Part shown: piece after piece, positions 26,301-36,500 of the stretch | Layout of the letters: the number at the start of each line of letters is the position of its first letter | How positions within the stretch are numbered: position 1 is the stretch's first letter | Assembly (NCBI RefSeq): GCF_009834535.1 | Contig: NC_045707.1 | Location: forward strand, 53,260,001-53,324,000 | Source of the DNA: Camelus ferus | Taxonomy: Eukaryota | Length of the DNA: 64,000 nt | Reading direction: 5' to 3' | Notes under the pieces: generated by a model | Seen by the model: the letters and a program-made list of their open reading frames with translations, nothing else | What the model was told of the DNA's origin: nothing | Databases searched by the model: none | Position numbers and translations under genes: made by a program

Positions 26301-28384
26301 TCCACGATACATCCTGTGTGAAATTAATTTTGAGAGCTTCGTTCCTTTTCGTACAAAGAAAGTGCAGTAGAAATGCGAGCTGTCAGATGCCCACAAGCAT
26401 TTATCATGATCTCATACGGTCTTGGATTGAAGGGGGGCTTAGCGGTCAGCAGGTTCAGCCTCTTCAAATTTGGTGCCGCCCAACTGTGTGGAGGTTTATT
26501 AAATGCATACCAACCTTGGGATGGTTCCTGATGGGTCTTAAAGACCAATAAACACAGGCTTTGCCCTTGAGGAGTTTGCGGGCAGAACATGAAAGGTGCA
26601 GGAAAAAAGAGCCACGTGGATTCAGGAGAAGGGCAACCAGGAAAGGCATCATGGAGGAGGTGGTCTGTGAGATAGATGGGGCTTCGTTGAGGAGCAGAAA
26701 AACGCAGAGAGTTCACACACGAGGCGGGAAGGTGGGGTCATGGTTGGGGGGGAAAGGCACCTCCTCCCTCCCTCCCTCCTCCTCCCTCTGCCCCCCTTCC
26801 CCCCACCGCCAGTTCTCACCCTCCCTCTCACAGGCCATCTTCTGAATTCCCAAAATTGTTTTATATGAATGGCTCTTAGCCTTATTTTCTGATATAATTG
26901 ACTTTCTGAACATGTGCAAATTTAACTGAGTAACATAAAACTGCATTTGTAATACTTCAGCTATTCAGTTCGCACCCTTAAGTTCCTTGACTCTGCAGCC
27001 ACTTCCCTTGGCTGCTTCAACCAGAAACTGCATATGGAGGGCCTGGGGTCATCGTGGTGGCATTTATCTTTTTGGCTAACAGCATTTTTCTGAGAACTGA
27101 ACTGGGTGCCAGCTCTTGAATGTCAGGAGCACCCACGTAAAAAGCAGGCCCCCCAACTTCTTTGCAAAAGCAAGACAACCTGGCAGTGTTGGGCCCTTAT
27201 GTCCTCAAGGAACGTGAGACTGGCCGGGGCTGAGTCACAGCGTCCGCCTTAGCGAGGCCCAGCTCCCCGCAGTCCCACTCCAAGGCCCTGCTAGCCTCCA
27301 GTGCGCCCGGGACAGCTGCCTGCCTGCGCTGTGGCCATGGGTGAGGCAGAGGGCCTGATGAAGGTGGGGTTCGGTGGCCTCAGTCCTGCCTTACAGGGGA
27401 GCTGAGGGCAGGTCTGGTTTTGGGCATCTGGGAAGGGAAGGGCCTCTATTGTTCTGTCTGTGTGTTTTGGGCTCTCTCCTCTCCTTCTGGGTGACCCCTG
27501 AGGTGCTGCCTGGTTTCATATGGCTGTCCCCGTGGCCAGCACATGCTGGTCCAGAGAGTGACCACCCGGGCCAAGCTGGTGGTAGGGTTTTAAAACTTCC
27601 AGCCCACAACAGTGTCTTTGTCAGTGGCTGAAGCCACAGATAAGGTTCTTCTGAAGTTCGACTGTGTCTCCTGTCCTGTGGGCTGGGAAGGAGAAGCAGT
27701 GGGCAGAGAGGAAGGGGTAGGTCCCCACAAAGAGCAAGGTGGAGACCACATCCCCTGGGGCCATCTGCAGTGACCTGGCCCCGATCTGACCGGGCCCTGT
27801 GGGGGGCCCCTGATGCCCAAGATCTCTTCCACTCCTTTTAAAACCTCACTAGAGTTGGTTTCTATTGCTCAAAACCAAAAGCACCCATGGTACGTCATCC
27901 AAGCAGCCCCTGGGAGTTGAGGAGTTTGCAGGCAGAACTCTCTCTATGAGCCGTCCCAGCTCCCCGTGTCCTGTGGCCAAACCACCTGCTTTTGGATCAA
28001 GCAATCCAGGTCCTCTGGAAAACTGCCCTTTGTTATTCCTGAGCGTGGGTCAAAGGGTAGAAGGAGGGTCATGTGGGGATGCCTTGTGCCTGTGGTGGGC
28101 CCTCCCGGGATGACTGCTCCCAGGTCCACTTCCCCAAGCAGTGCAGGGTGCCTTCCCATCACACCAGCAGTGCTGATGTGAACGACCACGCACCTTGCAC
28201 ACCAGGACAGAGTCCGAGGGCAGGTGGGGCAGGGCTCCTGCGGCCGTCAGAAGTCAGGAGCAAAGTTTTCTCAAACTGTCAGCCTTAGTTCTTGGACTGG
28301 GTGTGAGACTCAGGACAGCTGGAATTGAGGTGCTGAGATGTGCATTTAAATCACCTGTAGGCGATGATTTGGAGACTGTTTCTT

Positions 28385-28500
28385 AATTTCATAAATATTT
28401 GCTGAACATCCACTGTGTGTTCCCCAGGCTTTGCCCGAGTTACTGGGGATATTACAGTGTAGAAGTCCATGCCTCTCAGGAGCTTGTGTTGCAGTGGACT
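28385..28500 (-). mobile_element. L2 3' end
   Basis: aaatatttgctgaacatccactgtgtg...ccaggc...ctggggata...cctctcaggagctt. Confidence 0.5.
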
Positions 28501-28574
28501 GTGATCTTTCCCATGTGTTTGGTTCTGGAGACACAAAGACCAACAAAATCCAGCCTCAATGATTTCATAGCTAT

Positions 28575-28690
28575 AACCCTCACCTTCCTCACATGTAAAA
28601 TGAAATTAAAATAATGATCTCACAGGGCTGTTCAGAGGATTAAATAAAAAGATACAGATGGGCGTTCTCGGCACAGAAGCCTAAATAAAG
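28575..28690 (+). mobile_element. MIR SINE core/tail
   Basis: ttcctcacatgtaaaatg...ataatgatctcacagggctgttcagaggattaaataa. Confidence 0.7.
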
Positions 28691-28749
28691 ATTACCTTCT
28701 CCTTGAAAAGTAAAAAAGGCCCCACTTTACTTCACAAACAAGTTAGCCT

Positions 28750-30560
28750 GACCCGCTGGCGCGCCCTCCAGAGCTTGTCTCAGCCTCGTCGGGGGCCGTG
28801 CAGTCCGGCATCCAGCCGTAGACCAGATGGACCAGGCTGCGCAGGCCGCGGGCTGGGCGCGGAGCGGCCGCGAGGGGGCAGCGCTCGGCAGGGAATCTCC
28901 GCCACCGGCCGCGGCCCCCCTGTCCGTGCGCTCTTGCGTCGCTCTGACGCACCCGAAGGCGGGCGCTGGGAAGGAGACCGCAGCTCCCCTCGCCTGTGCC
29001 TCCCGAGGAGGGGTCGAGCGGGTCCTCCGGGGCGCCCTGCGCGAGCCTGGGGTCTGGCGGGCAGAGGCGCAGTCTCGGACCCGCGTCCCCGGGAGGACCC
29101 CAGCGCCTTCCCCTCCGCTTTGCGCGGCGCCCTGCGCCCACCCCGGCTCCAGGGCTGTCACTTCCGCGCGCCGCCGGGTAGCGGACCGGGCCGTCGTCGA
29201 GGATGCCCGGGTGTTGGCTGCGTCCCCAAGCTGCTGATCGGCTTTGCCCCGGGAGGCAGTCGGGATAGCGCCGCCCGAACTTTCCTTCGCGGCGGCGTCA
29301 GGCGGAAACACCCCGCTCCGAGGTTCACGGAGAGCGGAGGGAGGCTCGGGCGCCAGAGGGGACAGGCCTAGGCCTGCGCGGGAGAGCGCCGCGGAGTTCC
29401 TGGGGGCTCTGGAGGCTCCATAAGGGCAGGACTGGTGGCCGGCGTGCGCCCAGGAGGAGTCAGGCCCAGAGCGCGCTGCCCCTTCCCGGCGCCCTGCAGT
29501 GACCGTGACCTCGGCGCGCTCCCCGCGCACGTGCTCGCGGCCGAGGACGAGGAGGGGTCCGGCTACACCCGCCGGGCAGCGACTCGCCCGCAAGCCCTGG
29601 GAGCACAGAGGCCGTGCGGGGGAGCGCGCACGCTGCGCCCCCGCCTCCCCGAAGATCGGACTGGCCGCTGCTGGCGCAGAGCCGCCGGGTGTCGTGCCCG
29701 CCCGGTGGCGCCGCTGGACACCGTGCGGGGCGGACTCGCGGGAGGACAGGTGTAGCCTGCATACGCGGGCGGCGCGCGCGGAAGAACTGGGTGGGCTCGG
29801 CGGTCCGGAGGGGGCTCGCAGGGCTCGGAGCTCCGGTCCCTGCCACGCAGGCGGGTCGGCGCCACTTGGCGCCGCCAGCCTCAGGGAAGGAAGTCGCGGC
29901 GTATCTCGGTCCCCCAGCGGCCGTCCGGGCGCGACCCTGGCGCCCACTGCCCGCAGCGGCTCCCGCAACGGCCCCGGGACCTAGAGGTGCGGCCCCGGGA
30001 CCTAGAGGTGCGCGCGGCCGCCGGTGCCGCCCCCATGCTACTCGGAGCGCCCAGGCTGTGCGCGTCCAGGGCGGCCGCCGCTGCGCAGAGCGAGGGCGAC
30101 GGCGACAGGCTGGGCAGGGACATGGACGAGTCGTCGCTGCTGGACCTGCTGGAGTGCTCCGTGTGTCTGGAGCGCCTGGACACGACGGCCAAGGTGCTGC
30201 CCTGCCAGCACACCTTCTGCCGCCGCTGCCTGGAGAGCATCGTGTGCTCGCGGCACGAGCTGCGCTGCCCGGAGTGCCGCATCCTGGTGGGCTGCGGCGT
30301 GGACGAGCTGCCCGCCAACATCCTGCTGGTGCGCCTGCTGGACGGCATCCGCCAGCGTCCCCGCGCCGGCGCCAGCCCGGGCGGCAGCCCGCCCGCGCGT
30401 CCTGGTCCTAGCCCGGGCCCGGGCCTCGGCTCCAGCCCGGAGGCGGCCTCGGCGCACGGGGATTGCGGGGGCAGCGCCCCTGGCTCTCCGGTCCTCCTCT
30501 CCGCGGCGACCAGCGCCACCGCCAGCCTGCGCGAGCTGGCGACTGGCAGGAGCGCGCCCC
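28750..30560. promoter_or_regulatory. SH3RF3: CpG island / TATA-less promoter and 5'UTR of SH3RF3
   Basis: Very high GC and CpG density (many CGCG/GCGC runs), in contrast to CpG-depleted flanks. GC box GGGGCGG at 29727-29733, E-box CACGTG at 29528-29533, ETS-like CACTTCCG at ~29161 and AGGAAGT at ~29888. Overlaps coding exon 1. Confidence 0.9.
29969..30012 (+). repeat. Perfect 21-bp tandem duplication (cggccccgggacctagaggtg x2) in the presumed SH3RF3 5'UTR
   Basis: 29969-29989 and 29990-30010 are identical. Confidence 0.97.
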
Positions 30561-30568
30561 TGGTGAAG
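30035..30568 (+). CDS. SH3RF3: SH3 domain-containing RING finger 3 (POSH2), first coding exon, 178 codons; RING-HC (C3HC4) domain at ~30155-30280
   Basis: Translation [109 protein letters not shown]...[15 protein letters not shown]. It has C-x2-C / C-x-H / C-x2-C / C-x2-C RING spacing. The MLLGA...[10 protein letters not shown] leader and DTTAKVL/RHELRC residues match SH3RF3 as recalled, not SH3RF1/2. The exon ends phase 0 at AAG|GTGAGT (GT at 30569-30570). Confidence 0.96.
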
Positions 30569-33500
30569 GTGAGTATGAGCTTCACTGAGAGGGGTGGGCA
30601 GTGAGGAAGGACAGCGGACCAGAAGTGCTCCACGGTGGCCTGTGCCTTGCTCTTCTTTTCGACTTGCTTTTCTCCAGGGCCTTGAGAGCGCAACCCTTCA
30701 AGCCCCACTTAACAATTCTAGGACGCTGCGTGCTCCCATCCTGCCCCCTTCCCCTCTGCACTTCTAGTTGGCACCTGCTGCCCACCCATCCTCTCCCTCT
30801 GGAATCCCTTTCCCTCCACCTGCACCTGCTTGATGGTGGCCTGTGGTCCCAGAGAACCTTGCCACCTGTGTGTGTGGCTGCACCACATCCTCCCTCTGCC
30901 TCCCATCGCCCTCCTCCAGCCCCTCTCCGGGCTGGGCCTCTTTCTCCACATTTTAACTTTGCTGGGCTTCCATCTCCCCGGGTGCAGCCTTCTTCTTCTG
31001 GACCCCTCCAGTGAACCCTCTGCACAAACCTTGCCCACTGGGACTGAAGTCAGTGCTTTCCCAGGTCTGGCCTTTGGGAAGAGTGTGGGCCTCCTGCCTG
31101 GTGTCTGGGAAGGGAGATCAGGCAGGAAGGCAAGTAAGTGACTGGGGCTGCGGGAGGGAGTTGTTCACCTGGAGACCGGGAGTGTTTGGCTCAGCCCCTC
31201 TTGGACTTGGCCTGTCGGTCAGCCCTGGTCCTCTCTGGTCCTCCCCGGGCTCGCAGGCCCACTGCCTTCCCGCGCGGTTTTTATTTGAGGGTTTTTATTG
31301 GTGTAGCCACATTGTACAGAGTAGACGGCTTCTGTTTCAGTCAAAGACCTTGTCTTGAGGGTTCTGGCGATTTGGTTTCAAAAGCTGGTTAGTGTGTCAT
31401 TTCACACCCTCTGCCACCTCAGGAGCTGTTGCTGGGGGAGGCAGGCCCACGGGGTGCTGGAGTAAGTGAGGCGAGAGGTGCTACTCATGTTTTGTGTTCT
31501 CTTTAAATGCAGAAAAGCTCATTTAAAGGGTTGCTGATTTATTGTAAAGTGCCATTCATTTTAGAAAGACAACCAGATTCCTCTCCTTTTGGCCTTTTAA
31601 AGCTTTCACGGTGCATTAACTGTTTAAATAATCCTTCCCCTATGGGTGGTGCCGAGATGAGGGACAGTTCTTCGTCCGAACTGCTCAGCACTGCAGTGCC
31701 TCTGAGGTTAGAACTGAAGTCCTTGGGTGCTGTGTCAGAGGTGAAAGTCAGACTTTGCCAAACTGGGTTTTTCCTGTGGGCTGGGGAGACTAGACCCTCA
31801 AGAATAGTCAAGGAATTTTTCTACTTGGGATCCCTGCTCAAGGGGAATTGTGTTCATTTGGTTTTCATTGTGATTCAACCCAGTTACAAGTGTTCTGTCA
31901 CACATTTTCAAGCGTTTCTTTCCTCCCTGCGTTATTATTTGAGGCGTTATCATTAAAGGTCTTTATTTGTAAAATAAGAGGGTTACCTCTTCCTGCTTGG
32001 AGAGCTGGATAGTCTTTGGCATGACACTTCCAGGGAGGATGTTTGGCGAGTCAAATTGATCAGGAGGGTGGGAGGTAGCATCTGGCAGCTCCCAGAATCT
32101 GTGACCTTTGTAGCGTTTAAAGAAATTTGGGAAGGGGTTGAACGTACAACTTTTAGTAATGATGCTTAGTACCAGGGAATTAGCTTTTTGTCGCCTGGAT
32201 TTTGGCGTGATTGGTTGATGTTCTCTCTGGACACGGGTAGTGATCAGACTGTGCCCAGGGCTGTCTGAGCTTAGGTGACACTGGAGCACATTTCTTTTTT
32301 CCTGTTTGTTATCATCTAAGTGTGACCCTTAGTCTTCTTCACAGCATCCCCTGCCCCTCACTGGGACTAAGCTGGGGTCCTAGAAATTAAATCCAATGTT
32401 ATGTTTGATCATTTTCAGAGAAGAAAGAAAAAGGAGTGGAAGTGAGGACTGTAGCGTCACCTAGCCTTTCCGCTCTTTGATTTTTAGTAGTTGGTGGGAG
32501 TCTTCCGGGACAACCAGACGTCCTCACAGAGGGCTGCCCCGTCAACATCCCTGGGAGTGTGGTGGGCAACGCCTTCAGCTGAACATCACCTCCAAATCGG
32601 CTCTGGTCCTTGACCGCCCAGAGGAGTAACTGGGATTCACAGCAAGGACGGAGGCTGGATCTTGTTGCGTATTGTTTAATAGCCGGGCACTCGTTCTCAG
32701 CGAGGACCACAAATGCCTTAGAAGTCGGTGACTGTAAACAGAAGACAGCCCCCGTTTCCCAGTAGGAAGCATCTCCAACCTTCCTTTGGACCTGTTGGGG
32801 CGTGTGGACTTTTCAGGTGGGTGATAAACGGATATCTGCTTGGATGGTTTGTTAGTTTAGTTACAGTAGCTGTTAGGGACGCGTCCGCACAGAACGTACT
32901 CACTCCTGTTTGGTTCATGAAACACTTTTACCTGTACCTTTTCCCCAAGTTTCATGGACCTTCCCACCTGCTTGGCAGAGCTGTGCTCTGAGCTGTACCG
33001 TTTGAGACAAGGCCTTTAGATCAGTTAATTATGCTGCCCTGGGACTTGTACGAACTCACGGTGTCCACGGCCCAAGGCTGTTAGCCCGCTGGCCAGCACT
33101 GTGCTGCTGCTTAAAGCCGCCCAGAAGGCCTGTCTCACCGCGACCATTGCAGTGGCTGAGTTTATCAGCCTCGCTTTTTTTGTTTTGCTTTACAATTTAG
33201 CAGGTGACCCTTTGAACACCCTAACTAGCCTCAAAGGAGGTCTTCAGGCCAGCTTGTCTTTCTAAGAGGGTCTGTGGTTCCCAGCTGAATAATTTGAACG
33301 GTGCTTTCAGTGTGTCTGCATAAAGCTCTAATATCAGACAGTGCCAATTTGGGGGGAGTGATTGTTTTGGGGAAATCCCTCGTCTTCTACCTGGGCGTAC
33401 ACAGAACTTGCTGCATCCCTACACGGCCGGACACCACCCTGGGTGAGCCAGACGGTGTGTCCCTGCTGGAGCTGGCGTTCAGGGTCGAAACCCTCTGCAG

Positions 33501-36500
33501 AGGAGGCTCCAGGCAGCACGGGGCTGGTGCCAGTCAGAGCCCTGGGAAGGTTAAAGGAAGGACGTCATCACAATTAAAGAACTGTAGAAAGCTCGGGAGG
33601 TACTTTTGCTGGTGTAAAACATAGGCTCTAGAGCCTGATTAGTTCGTTGCAGGTACTTGGGGGTGTATTTCAATTGGAAACCTCTGTGTATCTTCGGCCA
33701 GTGTGTTGGGACCCAGTAATGGGAACAGTCAAATTATGTGGAGAATCACACAGACATCTATTAGGTATTTTATTTCATAAACACACACACATGCATTTAC
33801 CATTTTTTGATGCAAGACTTTTCTTTGAGTTCCAAGTTGTTCTTCTAGTTTAAACCACAGTCATAATTTATGATCTTCTATTTATTTCTTTCAAATGGAC
33901 TGAGAATGAACAGACTTTTCAAAGAATTCTGAGTGGAGGGAGATTTTAAATAATTCCCCCTCGATATTTCCTGTTTTTGCTCTTGCCAATTTAACAGTTT
34001 GAAAAGAGGTCTCTTTGGTGAGTCGTTCCTAAGTGGGCACCATGGTTTTCCAAAGAGTGAGGCTTTTTTGCACTCAGACTTCTTTGGTCTACATAATATT
34101 TAATTAAAGTTTATATTTGTATATAAGTGTATAGAGTACACGTGCAGAAACGTGCTTGGGAATCCAGACAGTGGATTCCTGGTGAACATGGGCCTCCCCT
34201 GGAGGGACAGGTCTGTGGGGATGGACACCCAGGCCGTCCTGGGGAGGCAGTGGGGCGGTGGCTGGCTCAGCTGCTCCGTGAGTCTGGAGGGCATCACCGT
34301 GTTCTGTCATCCACAGCTGGGCAGCTTGTGTAGAGATTCTCTGATTGACAGTGGCCAGGTGCTGCCACCGTCCTGAGAAGTGGTGGCCTCATGACTGCTC
34401 TGAGACCCAGAGAGACTGCTGTTTGGGCAAAGTCAGGGAGCTGGCAGGGCTCAGGCCCGGCCCCCCGTGTCCAGCTCTGCTGCGTCTGCAGGGCTGCTCC
34501 TGTGGTTTGGTCTTGGGTGTAACGAGGGCTCCAGAGAAAAGCTCCGGCCGCTCCTGGACAGGGGCGCAGGTGGCTGTGGTCTGAGCGCAAGAGGCAGATG
34601 CCTGCCCTTGTGATGGCAAAGTCGTCTGGGACGTGTCTGCAGAAGGGCCCTGGGTGTGGCGCCGATCCCGCCCGCGGTGTGTGGGGCCAGGTGGGCCGTG
34701 CGGGTGTCCGTTCTTCCTGATGAGCAGCTGGTCATGTGGATGTGGAGCCAAGGCTCTGAGACCCCTCGCTCAGGGGCCCCGGGCTTGGGGTGGACTCTGG
34801 ACCCACTAGCTCCTGGCTGCCCACTCAGAAGCCTCTCACAGCCACCACCAGTCAGTCAGCGCCCTGGCCGAGTTATGGTGACCGGATTATTGAGTGTTGA
34901 CGTCTAATCCGAGGGCCTCAGTCTGTTTGTTTCACCTTTAACTTACTTCCAAGTTTTATCTTTGTTGTTGGAGGCAGTGTTCTCGAGCCTTACAAGCGCC
35001 ACTGGACTGAAGAAAGGTTGGAAGCACTGTCTGTGTTCAGGAAGGCATCCGGAAGGAGTCCTGGTTTGCACTGCCTCACTGGCTGGGGCTCTGCTGAGAG
35101 GGACACCCTGCCTCGTCTGCAGGGCGGGCTGGCTTGTCCACGCTGCCCTCGCCTGCAGGACGATCGCACATCCGCAGGCCCTCTGTTCTGCGTGTGCCAG
35201 TCGGTGGTGCTGGAGGGGGGCTGTCAGTAGCACTGGGTTGTTTCTGGTGTGCATTTCAGTTCAGTCTGCATTGCATCTCTATTTTTAGTTAACATGCTCT
35301 TTTTCGAGGTATGTTTTTGAAGTAAAACCTCAGCAAGGACTCCATTACAGGGAAATGCTCTTGGTGGCACTTTGAGAGGCCAAGGTCACTTTTCATCAGA
35401 TTTGCCTTGCTGGGAAGATCTTGAGATCTGATGGATTAGAAACACGTGTGTGATGTGTGTCCTGTTGGAAATCTAACCAGCCTTAAAAGACGAGGGTGTT
35501 GAACAGAGGATCAGCAGTGGTGAACAGTTTAAAACCCGTGACGTGGCCCCTCCTCCCTCCAAGAGAAGCTGGAATAAAGCAGTGAATGAGGTGGCAGCAG
35601 TTTGAATTGTACTCAGCGGTTGCGGCTTCTTTGAGCTGGACTCCGGCCTTGGTGGCTCATGGACATTGAGAGATGCTGCCATGTGTTTAGGTGTGACTGA
35701 TCATGGCCATCACCTGCAAAGTAAGATATGATGATCCTTGCATCTCTGCTTGATGGGATGTGTGTGCTGCTCATGTGAATTTATGTGCATTTAAGTGAAT
35801 TAGAATTCGCTGCAGGGATTTAGGTCCACAGGACAGTGAGAGGCATTTAAAAACACACTGGGACCAGGAGCAGGTGTGGATTGTTGTGGAGCGCCGAGTG
35901 GGGCAGGGGTGTTGGGAACGCTGGGTGGCAGTGGGGCCATCATGCAGCAGCTCACTGAGTGCGTATCTGAGTACCTACTGTGTGCCAGGCCCTGCAGCCG
36001 GCACCAAGGTATTGGGACAAGAAGTATTTAGGTCTCTGGAAGGTGGCACAGGACTTCCTTGCCACCTTGCCACCTTGCCAGCCAGTGGAGCACCAGGCTC
36101 GTTTTCAAAGCAGCTGCTGTGCGTTCCTTCCTTCTTCATGACATCGAGGCACCTCCACCTTATCCCTACGTGTGTTCTAGAAACTCCTCTGTAGGAAATA
36201 AATCTCCACTGTTCGTGGATAAACCACTGGACTCCTTAACACTTTGCAATCACACTCCCAATTCTCCGTAACTTAAAGATTGCACCCATTTCCTTTCCCA
36301 AGCAAATCTGAAGGTAATGAAAGCCAGTGTATTTGTGTGGTGTTGGGACCCGCGCAGGCAGGTGGCCTGTGCCAAACTAACATCACCTTGAGGCATGTAG
36401 CGTGGGAGCTCACCTTCGTCTGCCGTGGGTTCGCTCTGTCACCAGCAGTGATTGGACAGGTGCGGAATGACAGGTCGGTGCCCTTGCGGATTCTGTGGCT

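Noticed and set aside
29987..30604. 205-aa ORF as a complete single-exon protein
   Set aside because: It starts at a GTG, and the last residues ([11 protein letters not shown]) are read-through past the 30569 splice donor. The real unit is a spliced first exon.
29614..30708. Long overlapping ORFs (265 aa +, 275 aa -, 180 aa +) across exon 1
   Set aside because: Shadow frames of a very GC-rich exon and island, with low-complexity Ala/Arg/Pro/Gly composition and no domain.
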